Positions 18,518 through 27,932 of a stretch of 55,640 bases of DNA are shown here, one piece after another (within the stretch, counting starts at the first letter, position 1; the number at the start of each line of letters is the position of its first letter). Source of the DNA: a virus (Duplodnaviria > Caudoviricetes); the IMG/VR virus record IMGVR_UViG_3300026518_000670, positions 1-55,640 of that record; one strand, given 5' to 3'. The notes beneath the pieces were generated by a model. That model was not told where the DNA came from and ran no database searches. It saw nothing but the letters and a program-made list of their open reading frames with translations. A program made the translations under genes and the position numbers.

Positions 18518-20431
18518 TTACACCAGGGGTGTCGTGTCATCGAGCGAGCCGGAATAGCTGAAACTTGTGCCGCACGAGGACGACTCGCTGCGTCCCGAGT
18601 GCACGCCGGCAGAGAAGTTCACGGCGCTCATGCTCGAAGCGGCCAGCTGCGTGGAGGTCTGGGCGATACCTTGCAGTTTGGCCACGATGACCCGGCCCAG
18701 TTCCACGACTTGATTGATCGCCAGCTCGGTATTTTTCAGCTGCGTGTCCACCCGCGCGCGCTCGGCTTCCAGGCCAACACTCACCTTGCGCAGGTTGGCA
18801 TCACTGGCAATACCCTGAACCCGGGCTGAGGTCTCATACACACCGAGCCGGGTGCGGTAGATGTCGGCCGTCGCCGTCAGACGCGTTTTCTCTGCTTCAA
18901 GGTCTGCCAGCAGCTTGTCGCGCTGTGTTTGCCAGCTATCCAGGCGCAGCTTGTTCTGATCGATCTCCAGCTGCGATCGCCGCACTTTCTGATCCTGGGC
19001 ATTCCCCCATGCCTGAATGCGCGTGGCGTAGCCCTGCTCGACCAGCCCGTACAGCTGGGCACGGGTGTTGTTGCTCTCCAGCTTGCTGCGGAAGGCATCC
19101 CATTCGGTTTTGTAGGCGTTGACACGCTCGGCATAGGCTTCGATCCGGGAGCGCTGGAGCTGGATCTGGGAATTGTTCTGCTCAATCACCGCACTGGCGG
19201 CCTGAACGTCCGCCTTGTACATGTCAATCAGCGACTGGACGCCGGCCAACTGGGCATTGTAGACACGCACCTTCTGTTCATTGAGCGTCCCTTTCAGACG
19301 TTCACCTTCCAGTTGCGCGCGGTATTTCTCCAGTTCAAGCAATTTCCCCTGCAGCTGCTCACGCCATACCTGTGCCTCGGTCTGGTAGGCCTGCAGGTCC
19401 AGGGTCGCCAGGGAAACGCGTGCATCAAAGATCCGGATGCGCACATCCTGTACCGCCTGCGCTGTGGCCAGGCTGACACGCATGAACTCGGCGTGGTCTT
19501 CCATCATCCTTGACTCAAGCGCCACACCTTCGGTAACCGCAAACCGAAGGTTCTCGATCGCAATCTGCTGGTCCTGGATATGGATGTCACGCGACAGTTT
19601 GTTGCGCTCGTTCTGGCTGTTCTGGCGCACCATGCTCAAGCGCTTGTTCAGGAGCCCACTTGGCTCGGAGAATCCGCGCGCCGCGTACTCGTCGACCGCC
19701 TGTTGGGTGGCACGCTCTTCTTCGGCATCGACCGCCGAAAAAGCACGGTCGCGCAGAGCCTGCGCAACATTCGCCGGCAAGCCTGTACCCCCATCGAGCA
19801 TGCTACCAACTCGCGTTTTCACGCGGTTGAGCAGGTCGGAGGTGTACTTCTCCGGCGTGAAAGCGAAGGTCTCAAGCGGTGCCTCAATGCTTGATATATC
19901 CGGCTTTTTCGCCGTGAAGGGTTCGAATGTGATGGTTGGAAGGGTTGGAAGATTGAGGCTGTCCAACACCGGGACATCCGGCAGTACCAGTGTAGGTCGA
20001 ACCGACGTGGGTACAGGCGCCAAAGCCACCGTGTCCGAAGGTGGCTGCGCGCTCAATGGCGCCGGCTCAGTGTAGTTCCTCAGCGCCGGCAACGGATTGA
20101 CCGGAGCTGTTGGGACCGGGTCAAACGCAAAGGGTGTCAGGGCGATGGAAGGGGCATCGGGCAGTGTGCCAGGATCCCTGAATGTCAGGTCTTTGGGCTC
20201 AGCCGGAGCTGGCGGCAGTTTGATCGAGAACAGGTCCTCATTGAAATTGAACCCGACATTGAACTTCACAGGTGTAATTTGAAATCCATCCAGGCTGGAT
20301 ATTTCATCTCGTGCCAGCTTGTAGGCTTCGGTGGCGAACTGGGTGTATTTGTCATACGCCAGAGCGACCATATTCACGGCCGGGTCGCCCAGTTGGATCG
20401 CACACCCTGTTTGCGTGATGTTCGGTGCCAT
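18518..20431 (-). CDS. Virion structural protein (Pro-rich N-half, long coiled-coil C-half)
   Basis: Start reassigned to MAPNIT at 20431 (TAATG overlap with upstream stop). Long heptad-rich region. Confidence 0.6.
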   Translation of the reverse strand: MAPNITQTGCAIQLGDPAVNMVALAYDKYTQFATEAYKLARDEISSLDGFQITPVKFNVGFNFNEDLFSIKLPPAPAEPKDLTFRDPGTLPDAPSIALTPFAFDPVPTAPVNPLPALRNYTEPAPLSAQPPSDTVALAPVPTSVRPTLVLPDVPVLDSLNLPTLPTITFEPFTAKKPDISSIEAPLETFAFTPEKYTSDLLNRVKTRVGSMLDGGTGLPANVAQALRDRAFSAVDAEEERATQQAVDEYAARGFSEPSGLLNKRLSMVRQNSQNERNKLSRDIHIQDQQIAIENLRFAVTEGVALESRMMEDHAEFMRVSLATAQAVQDVRIRIFDARVSLATLDLQAYQTEAQVWREQLQGKLLELEKYRAQLEGERLKGTLNEQKVRVYNAQLAGVQSLIDMYKADVQAASAVIEQNNSQIQLQRSRIEAYAERVNAYKTEWDAFRSKLESNNTRAQLYGLVEQGYATRIQAWGNAQDQKVRRSQLEIDQNKLRLDSWQTQRDKLLADLEAEKTRLTATADIYRTRLGVYETSARVQGIASDANLRKVSVGLEAERARVDTQLKNTELAINQVVELGRVIVAKLQGIAQTSTQLAASSMSAVNFSAGVHSGRSESSSCGTSFSYSGSLDDTTPLV

Positions 20432-22110
20432 TACTTGATTCTCCGATCCTTGACGAGCGGCAACCACCGGAAGCCGTCCAGGCTGAAATCAGCCCCGGCA
20501 ACGTTGGCTATTTCAAAGCCCCAGTACGCGCTTCGCAGACCGCGCCCGATCTTCGCCCTGCCATACGTAATTTCCTGCGCCGGCCGAGATTCGAGCGCAT
20601 ACCAATGTTCCTCGAGGTCACCGGCATCATTGGTGACAATGACCTTGAGCAGCATGCCGCCATCAGCGCGATAGCCCAGATACATCGATTCGGCGCCCTT
20701 GAGCGCGCTGGTGCCATAGTCTTCAAGGCCGAGACGGACCCGCGCCTCAATGGGTACACCGGCGTCATCTGGGCCTTCGAGCAGGTAGATGCCGGTATCG
20801 CTGCATCCAAAATACCGGTCACCGAACCGCGCGAACGAATTGAACGGGAAGTTGGTGTAGCTGGTGAATGCCTGCGTTTCGGCATGCAGCACCCAAGCCG
20901 TGTGCACGCCGTCGGGGAGGTGGAAGGTAGCCAGCACGCCCAGACCATCACGTATCAACGTGAACAGGTCGGCACGGGTGAGCGGTCCGTCATGCAAGCC
21001 CATGGTGTCATCGACCAGGGCCGTGAAGGTGGCTCTGCCGTACGGAACCGCATGCGCGCCGAGAGTATCCATCAGGGCCTGATAGCCCGTCAGGTGATTG
21101 GCATCGGATGCCTTCACTCCCAGCTTGGCCAGCACCGTGGCTGGCCAGACAAACCCGGTCTGGTCGGCCAGTCCAAGCGCTGACACCAGTGCATTGCGCG
21201 CATCAAGCAGGGATCCTGGCCCTGCCAGCAGGCCCAGGACATCACGCACTTCAAGTAACAACGAGCCCCAGGCACTGGGTGTGCCTTTGACGCCGATCTT
21301 TTCGGACATCAGCAGGCGCAGCACGATCCCGACAACATCGGCAAAACCGAGTTTTTCCGCGGCGTGCTGAAGACCATCGAGCAGTGTGGTCGGCGGCGTT
21401 GACACCAGACCGAGTACCGCTTTGCGCAGCATGACCCAGTCCGGCTGCGCCAACCCGGTCAGCCCAAGTCCTTGCACATACCTGGTCCCGACGGCGCCCA
21501 CTGCGCGGATCTGAAGAAAGCCAGGCGATTGCACCGCATACAGCAGGTTGTCGATGGGCCCGGAGGCAAAAGCAAAGCCTGATAGCGGCGGGAGTATTCC
21601 CCGAGCCCAGGAGCGCGGTACGTCATGTCCAATGCCCAGCAGGGACGGCAATTTTCCGCTGGCTGCACCCGATCCAATCGAATAGCTGAACCCCGATGAT
21701 TGCAGGAGCGGCAACGCACCCGAGCCGATGCTGGCGGGTGGCGTGATGGTCGTTTGATAGGCCAGCCCGGCCAGGATCGGCAATTGCCCGTACATGACGG
21801 ACTGGCTTCCGGTCCATGCCCGCGCCCGCAACGGTGGCAGTGCCCCGTTACCATGCGAGAGGATCCCGGCACGACCGCGCAGCATGGGCAGCTGCCCAAG
21901 TCCTGACGCGCTGCCAAGTACACCGCCCAGACCACGAATCTGCGGCAGCTGCCCTCTTCCCGCGGCGCCGGAACGACCCGACCCAGCAAAAACGGGCAGC
22001 TTTCCGATACCCACGGCCGACTGTGGTGCATCCATGCCGCGCCCACGAAGTACCGGTAGCGCCGCTGATCCCGAGGCTGATCGGTAATTGGTGAATTGGA
22101 TGGATGCCAT
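20431..22110 (-). CDS. Tail/virion protein with two internal repeat blocks
   Basis: About 8 G-x-LP-x-L repeats, then about 8 (D/E)-x-LG-(L/V) repeats, then a globular C-terminal domain (YTNFPFNSFARFG...). Confidence 0.6.
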   Translation of the reverse strand: MASIQFTNYRSASGSAALPVLRGRGMDAPQSAVGIGKLPVFAGSGRSGAAGRGQLPQIRGLGGVLGSASGLGQLPMLRGRAGILSHGNGALPPLRARAWTGSQSVMYGQLPILAGLAYQTTITPPASIGSGALPLLQSSGFSYSIGSGAASGKLPSLLGIGHDVPRSWARGILPPLSGFAFASGPIDNLLYAVQSPGFLQIRAVGAVGTRYVQGLGLTGLAQPDWVMLRKAVLGLVSTPPTTLLDGLQHAAEKLGFADVVGIVLRLLMSEKIGVKGTPSAWGSLLLEVRDVLGLLAGPGSLLDARNALVSALGLADQTGFVWPATVLAKLGVKASDANHLTGYQALMDTLGAHAVPYGRATFTALVDDTMGLHDGPLTRADLFTLIRDGLGVLATFHLPDGVHTAWVLHAETQAFTSYTNFPFNSFARFGDRYFGCSDTGIYLLEGPDDAGVPIEARVRLGLEDYGTSALKGAESMYLGYRADGGMLLKVIVTNDAGDLEEHWYALESRPAQEITYGRAKIGRGLRSAYWGFEIANVAGADFSLDGFRWLPLVKDRRIK

Positions 22111-22112
22111 GG

Positions 22113-22601
22113 TCAGGCCGCGCTCGGTACGCTGTCACCGGCGGCATACAGACAGCTGCCGGCAAATACCACGCCACTGTGCAGCGCGGGTCGGGTGGCC
22201 ATCAGCTGACCCTGCAGCCAATACTGCACCTGCGTACCGAGCCGGCGCACCTCAAGCAACTGGCCTACGCCGTAGGACACCGGTGAGCCGACCAACACGC
22301 CTTTCTCGAGCTGTTGGGCATACCCCATATCTGCTTGCGAATAGACGTACCAGCCGTGCAGGATGGTGCTAGGAAACAGTGGCTGTGCTCGATTCGCGCG
22401 CAGGCCCACGATGATCCCGACGGGCAAGGTATCCAGACTCCAAGCCAGTCGCACGTCACCCGGCAATTCAATGATGCTGTCGGCACCGGCCGTCCATCCG
22501 ATATCTGGATCCACCTGGGTGTGAGGCGCAATGTAGGGAGTAGCAGGATACTGCGGACAGACATAGCACCCCGCGCTGTCGAAATAGCACCCACGGCTCA
22601 T
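22113..22601 (-). CDS. Hypothetical virion protein
   Basis: ATGA-coupled to the upstream gene. Beta-rich. Confidence 0.5.
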   Translation of the reverse strand: MSRGCYFDSAGCYVCPQYPATPYIAPHTQVDPDIGWTAGADSIIELPGDVRLAWSLDTLPVGIIVGLRANRAQPLFPSTILHGWYVYSQADMGYAQQLEKGVLVGSPVSYGVGQLLEVRRLGTQVQYWLQGQLMATRPALHSGVVFAGSCLYAAGDSVPSAA

Positions 22602-22876
22602 CCGAAGCACACCGTTTTATAACGCAAAATCGTGTACACGAAGGTGCCTCCTGGGGTGTAGCTGCTTGGCGTACCCGATCCAAGGTTGGATGATGCACTC
22701 GTGCTGGCCACAAACTGCCAGCCGTAAACAGGAACCTGATGGCAACCTGCAGCGCCTCCCGAACTGGCCGGCGCACCGCTTACAGGGGGCTGCGGGCACG
22801 TGCGGCTGTAGGCTTGCGCCGGCTGGGCAGGTTGCCCTGGTATCTGCCGGACTACCGGCAGCTTGATCAGGCTCAT
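22598..22876 (-). CDS. Hypothetical protein
   Basis: Translationally coupled at both ends within the tail operon. Confidence 0.45.
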   Translation of the reverse strand: MSLIKLPVVRQIPGQPAQPAQAYSRTCPQPPVSGAPASSGGAAGCHQVPVYGWQFVASTSASSNLGSGTPSSYTPGGTFVYTILRYKTVCFG

Positions 22877-23325
22877 TACTGCTGCATGTACAGCTGGAAG
22901 CTGTCGATCGGCTGCACGTTGGCCGCCACCAGGCTGACACTGGACAGCTGCAGGTCGTAGGAAGCATCCAGACCAATGGTGCCCTGCACCCGATAATCAC
23001 CGGCCACCGCTGCTGCAGATCCGTTATCGGTGCCGACGCAGTACCGGTAGAAGACAGCCGTCCCTGATGTGCCGATCGTGCCCGACCAGGTTTCCGTGCC
23101 CGTTTTCTTGATCACGCCATTGGCTACCGCGCCATCGAAAGTTAGGCCCGTCGATGTGCCGTTGTTGGTAATGGTCACCAGAAGCGTGCTGCTTGGATCG
23201 ATAGCCGCATCGGCCGAGGCCGGTGTGGGTCCGGAGTAGATGTAAATCTTTCCGGTATCGAGCAATGATTTCAGGCTGCCGGTGGCCAGCATCGCGTTCA
23301 GAAGTTCGGTGGACAATTTCAGCAT
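22876..23325 (-). CDS. Virion structural protein (paralogue of 23344..23790)
   Basis: IYIYSGPTPASAD...RVQGTIG...DLQLS pattern shared with the neighbouring gene. Confidence 0.65.
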   Translation of the reverse strand: MLKLSTELLNAMLATGSLKSLLDTGKIYIYSGPTPASADAAIDPSSTLLVTITNNGTSTGLTFDGAVANGVIKKTGTETWSGTIGTSGTAVFYRYCVGTDNGSAAAVAGDYRVQGTIGLDASYDLQLSSVSLVAANVQPIDSFQLYMQQ

Positions 23326-23343
23326 GTCACTATCCTCATAGCG

Positions 23344-23790
23344 TCAGATCCCTACTGGAGGCAGGGTGTAGAGAAAACTGTCAATCTGCAGGATGTCTCC
23401 TGCATTGAATGTGGTCTTGGTCAGCGTCAGGTCAGAGGGTGATGCGGTCGATCCGACATCGCCGTCAATCCGCGCCGCAGTGATCGAATCAAGCCCATCG
23501 TCCACAGGCCCTACAAGGCGCCACCACAGCACCTGCCCGGGCTTGTTGGCGAAAAGATTCCATACCTCATTGAGTGGTTTGACCACGTACGTGTCGGCCA
23601 GCACGAAACGCAATCCAGGACTGGCAAGACCGACAGTGTTGATCCTGGCCATCGGTGCCGCAGGCTCCCCCATGTCGGAACTAGCCGGCCTGGGGCCACT
23701 GAACAGACGGATTTCTCCACCATCGAAAAGATCGGCGAAACTTTTCGTCCCGAGAATCGATCGCTTGTATCCGGATGAAACGATGAGCAT
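23344..23790 (-). CDS. Virion structural protein (paralogue of 22876..23325)
   Basis: IRLFSGPRPASSD...RIDGDVG...DLTLT. Confidence 0.65.
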   Translation of the reverse strand: MLIVSSGYKRSILGTKSFADLFDGGEIRLFSGPRPASSDMGEPAAPMARINTVGLASPGLRFVLADTYVVKPLNEVWNLFANKPGQVLWWRLVGPVDDGLDSITAARIDGDVGSTASPSDLTLTKTTFNAGDILQIDSFLYTLPPVGI

Positions 23791-23799
23791 GCTGTGTCC

Positions 23800-24489
23800 T
23801 CAGCAGTAGCACTGAATGCCGGAAATCAAATCAACACCCTGCAACTGCAGGGGCGTGCCGCTGGGCGTGCTGCCGTCGTAGCTGAGCGTCAGCTCGATGC
23901 TTCCGCCTGTCATGTCGACCCAGCCGGTACCTGTGCTGAATGCCGAGTCAAAATCCACTGGTTGCAGCAGGTATATCCAAGGATCTGCAGTTTCATCGAC
24001 ACTGCCGCCACCGCTCGGGTAGGTCAGGCCGGTGTTGGCGTCTTTCAGTACGGCACCGCCCGCGTCGCGCAGGGTGACATGTGTGATATCGAATGGAATG
24101 CTGTAGACCGACCCCGATACATTGATCACTTCGGAGCTTACCCAGGACGGCACCGGCGAAGGCTTGGTAATGCGTAGCCGTGCTATTCCGCTGTGCGGCC
24201 CGAGACCACAGAAACTGCAGGCGTTGGCAGCCGGTGTACGCAAGATCGCATCAGCCGGCAAAGACACCACGATGGCCGGCTGACCCGGGCCGATCGAAGC
24301 CACCACATCCACCGATCCCACATAATGGTCGCCATTGGCATCCAGGTCAGAGCTCGTGGGGTATGCCACCGTTCGGGTTGGATTGGCCGGGTCTCCCAGT
24401 GCCAGCAGATTGAGTGCTGGCGCCAGCACCGGCAGTGTACAGTCCTCACGGCAGCGCACCAGATCGGTCCAGAAACAGTTTCCGCTCAT
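23800..24489 (-). CDS. Hypothetical tail-region protein
   Basis: 229-aa ORF, ATGA overlap with the upstream gene. Confidence 0.5.
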   Translation of the reverse strand: MSGNCFWTDLVRCREDCTLPVLAPALNLLALGDPANPTRTVAYPTSSDLDANGDHYVGSVDVVASIGPGQPAIVVSLPADAILRTPAANACSFCGLGPHSGIARLRITKPSPVPSWVSSEVINVSGSVYSIPFDITHVTLRDAGGAVLKDANTGLTYPSGGGSVDETADPWIYLLQPVDFDSAFSTGTGWVDMTGGSIELTLSYDGSTPSGTPLQLQGVDLISGIQCYC

Positions 24490-27149
24490 ACCGCTACCGC
24501 CTCAGCCAGCCAGTCTGCATGCAGTTTGGGGAGCGATGCATCTGACCACCATTTACCGCCGACCACGGGCCGCCCTTCCTGCGTTGTGATGGCCGTCGAC
24601 CCTGCATTGATTGCTGCGATGTAGTCATTGGGTCCAGGCATGCATTTTCCGGTGTTGTAGCCGGTTCCGGCTGCATAGCGACCGACCTGGTAGCCATAGA
24701 TGACGGCTCCGAATCGCTCGGCATAGAAGGGTTGTACAAACTGATCCATGACCACAGGAAACTGGGCCAGGATGTCTGAGCCTTGAGGTGTCGCCACGGC
24801 TGGCGGTGCCGTGTACGTGCACATGTAGTAGAAATGCCACACATCGTTGTATGGATGCGGCCAGGCCGATTCATCAATGAGCGCGCCCTTGCGATACACT
24901 CGTACCCGATGGGATGCCTCACCCGTGCTGAGAAGGCATCCAGGTCGCGCAGCAGAGAATGTGAAAGGTGCGCGCCATGGGGCGCCAGGGTAGCTCCCGA
25001 ATTGATACATCTGGGCGTAATCGATCGCGCGCACGTTGCGGGCGCCACTGACGACAAAGGTCGCGGACGACACATCCAGCACCTGAACCCCAGCTGCCTT
25101 GAAATCGAGCTCCGGAACGGCATTGTCGGTGTAGTAAAGCGCCAGCTCTTCCAGATCGCGTTCGAACTGCGCACCCATCCCGCCGATGCCGACGTATTGA
25201 TAGGCCATGCCGTCGTAGAGGTACTGCCACGTGTCGGCATAGCCCGGTTGCTGGCCGATACGCACATTGGCCACGGCAAAGGCCGCATAGGCAATGCGTA
25301 TCGAACCATGGGCGTTGTAGTCAGCAGCCAGAGGCACCAGACCGTTGTGCACGACCGGCACACCCGCTGGAAAACCCGAAGGGTGATGGGCAAGCTGCTC
25401 ATCGGAATACACGACCGCGCTCGAATACCCCAGCGCTGTGGCCTGCACCGTGACGGTCACAGCGGCATCGATGAACACCTCCAGCGCGCGTACATCACCG
25501 GCCAGGTTGTCATTGGTGCACCAGGTCCAAAAGCCGTTGCCTGCGGCCTGTGCGCTCGCATAGCGAGAGGCCATGGCATCAGCGACTGCCTGCGCATCAG
25601 CATAATCGCGCAATGCACAGGCCTTGGAGCCATCTGGTGCGAATGACCACAGACTCAGGTAATGAATGCCTGGCACAGAGATCGTCCCGGCATCCTTCCA
25701 CACCGTAACCGGTTGCTCGGCATGCAGCCGCAGCTTCGGTTTGTTCTTGAAATCTGCGTACCAGACATGCGCTACGGCCGTCAGCCCCTGGGTTGCTGAC
25801 GTCAAACCGACATTGTCTGAAGGTTGATGGGCAAGAACGATCAGCCGATCGCGATCTGGTAGTACCTGAATCCCGGCGCCCAGCACCAGGCCATCCGGTA
25901 CCGTGCCCAGCAACCGGCCCCGGCAATACACATGTGGACCCAGCGCCGGCCGTGTGCCGTAGGTGCCCGTGGCAAACCGGACGTAGAACTCACCATTGCT
26001 GTCGTACAGGCTGAGCGGCGCGTACACCGTATGGTTGTGGTAGGTGATCGGCCAGGTCAGGAACCCGATGTTCTGGCTCGGCGGCCCGTCCCAGCTGATC
26101 GGCGGCAGGCCGCCGTCCGCCGATTGAAACGTGCGCCGGCCCGCCAGTATCCAGTCCTCGCGCGGCTCGATGGTGAGCGTCGTACGGGCCTCATGCGAAC
26201 CAACATCGGCAAAAAGTGGCGTCTTGCCTGCCGTGATCTGGAGCTCGGCGCTATGTTGTGTGGTCCAGGCATTCATCACCCAGGTCACCGAACCGCCTAC
26301 CGCTACCAATTCCGTGTACGGCCCGGATGCGCTGTACCCGTTCCCGTCCTTGGAACGGCGCTCGACGGCCGTGGTGTAACCTCTCGGGAAGCTGGTCTGG
26401 CGCGCGCCAAATTGGGCAAGCAAAATGGCCAGTTCCTGCGCGGGCCTGTAATACCCCCGCGGCATCAAATAGGCGCCATCAAGCCCGGATGCAATCCGAT
26501 AGGCATTGACCTGCGCAAATACCGTGCGTCTGGCGCCGATGTTGTCGGCTTCGCTGCGCGGTCGAAAGTCAACGAATTCGGGCCGGTATCCTCCCCACGT
26601 GGGCCCCGTAGGCCGAGCATCATGCCTCGGACTGAGAAATGGCCGCGGTCCAAGATTGCTGTAGAACATAGGCGCAACCGTGGCATCTTCCGGGGGATAG
26701 CCGGCCGCGCGATCGGGCGTCATCAAGGCCTGGTTCCAGGCACCGCCGGGCGTCCACCGCGTCGGGTCGAGTCCAGGCCGAAGGTTTCCGGCGCTGTACG
26801 GGTTGGTGCCCACCGGCACGATCGGCAGTCCTCGGCCGTGCGTGGCCGATACATCTGCCGGTCGCACGACGAAGCCGCGTGGCGCCCAAATCGCCGCTCT
26901 GCCTGTGTGTACCCAGTCGCGCGCGGCTTCCCGGTCCACCTCTACAATGGGTGTCGTCCCGTCGTATCGCGCGATGATGACCGTGCCATCGGGCAATGTG
27001 CGTTGCATGCGTCCCTGTCGATTGCCGCTCAGTTCCAGTTGCCGCATCAGCGTGCCGAGCAGCTTGCGTGCCGTATCGGCATGCAGATCGGCCATTTCCT
27101 GCGTGGTCTGCGCCGACCGGCGCCGGCGCATCCATCCCGTGAACCGCAT
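24486..27149 (-). CDS. Large tail-region protein
   Basis: 887-aa ORF in the structural operon. N-terminal RTLPDGTVI motif, aromatic beta-rich C-half. Confidence 0.6.
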   Translation of the reverse strand: MRFTGWMRRRRSAQTTQEMADLHADTARKLLGTLMRQLELSGNRQGRMQRTLPDGTVIIARYDGTTPIVEVDREAARDWVHTGRAAIWAPRGFVVRPADVSATHGRGLPIVPVGTNPYSAGNLRPGLDPTRWTPGGAWNQALMTPDRAAGYPPEDATVAPMFYSNLGPRPFLSPRHDARPTGPTWGGYRPEFVDFRPRSEADNIGARRTVFAQVNAYRIASGLDGAYLMPRGYYRPAQELAILLAQFGARQTSFPRGYTTAVERRSKDGNGYSASGPYTELVAVGGSVTWVMNAWTTQHSAELQITAGKTPLFADVGSHEARTTLTIEPREDWILAGRRTFQSADGGLPPISWDGPPSQNIGFLTWPITYHNHTVYAPLSLYDSNGEFYVRFATGTYGTRPALGPHVYCRGRLLGTVPDGLVLGAGIQVLPDRDRLIVLAHQPSDNVGLTSATQGLTAVAHVWYADFKNKPKLRLHAEQPVTVWKDAGTISVPGIHYLSLWSFAPDGSKACALRDYADAQAVADAMASRYASAQAAGNGFWTWCTNDNLAGDVRALEVFIDAAVTVTVQATALGYSSAVVYSDEQLAHHPSGFPAGVPVVHNGLVPLAADYNAHGSIRIAYAAFAVANVRIGQQPGYADTWQYLYDGMAYQYVGIGGMGAQFERDLEELALYYTDNAVPELDFKAAGVQVLDVSSATFVVSGARNVRAIDYAQMYQFGSYPGAPWRAPFTFSAARPGCLLSTGEASHRVRVYRKGALIDESAWPHPYNDVWHFYYMCTYTAPPAVATPQGSDILAQFPVVMDQFVQPFYAERFGAVIYGYQVGRYAAGTGYNTGKCMPGPNDYIAAINAGSTAITTQEGRPVVGGKWWSDASLPKLHADWLAEAVAV

Positions 27150-27152
27150 CGA

Positions 27153-27737
27153 TCAGGGCACGTCCTGGGCTGTGATGTCGTACTCGACGTTGAGCTTGTC
27201 ACCGATCTGGAGATTTGACCGCGCGGCCGCGTCTTTCGAACAGCACAAAAGGACGCCGGTCGTGGCGTTCTTCGCCGACGCGGTCAGCATGGCAAATCCC
27301 CAGACGGTGCTGTTGATCACCGAAATGGTAAATGTGGCCGGGGTTGCCGCATTGGCTGCCGTTTTGGTGGCAATGGCATCCGGTGTCCATGCCGGTCGTG
27401 TGGTTTCGCTGTAGTCGACGAACTCGGTCTGTGTGGCATCGAAGTTGGCCGCGGTCAGCGCCGTACCGTCCGGCACCACGTTGCCTGCGAATGGCGCGAT
27501 GTAGAAAGCGGTGCGCTGGGCGCCCTGGGCCAGATACACCTTGAGGATGTCGATCAGGCCCTGATCGACCAGAACGTTTGGTGAAATGCGTGCATCTTCA
27601 CCATTGAGTGAGGACTTGAAGGCACCCCCCACGAACGCGCCTGCGGCGGGCAGCAGGATCCTGCCATCGCCAGACGGTTCATATCGGTGAGTGCGCAGCG
27701 CGCGCGCCAGATCATTGCGAAGTGATGGGTTCAACAT
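27153..27737 (-). CDS. Virion structural protein
   Basis: NVLVDQGL...YSETTRPAW...ATFT pattern typical of small tail proteins in this phage group. Confidence 0.6.
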   Translation of the reverse strand: MLNPSLRNDLARALRTHRYEPSGDGRILLPAAGAFVGGAFKSSLNGEDARISPNVLVDQGLIDILKVYLAQGAQRTAFYIAPFAGNVVPDGTALTAANFDATQTEFVDYSETTRPAWTPDAIATKTAANAATPATFTISVINSTVWGFAMLTASAKNATTGVLLCCSKDAAARSNLQIGDKLNVEYDITAQDVP

Positions 27738-27749
27738 GATGTCGGGCTC

Positions 27750-27932
27750 CTACCATTTGCCGATTGGGCACGCGGCCCGTTGGAAACGTGTCTTGGACAG
27801 CACGGGGCAACCGCACTTGCCGCACAGTTCCAAAGACGTGATGGGCTGAATCCGCTTGTGCGGACACTCCCTGCAGATCCCGAGGCGTTTTTCACGCACG
27901 TCCGGGGTGACCTTCTCAAGAAGATTTTTCAT
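27750..27932 (-). CDS. Small Cys-rich zinc-binding protein (DUF6171-like), 60 aa
   Basis: RLGICRECP...CGKCGC...CPIGKW. ATG at 27932 overlaps the upstream TGA (ATGA). Confidence 0.7.
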   Translation of the reverse strand: MKNLLEKVTPDVREKRLGICRECPHKRIQPITSLELCGKCGCPVLSKTRFQRAACPIGKW

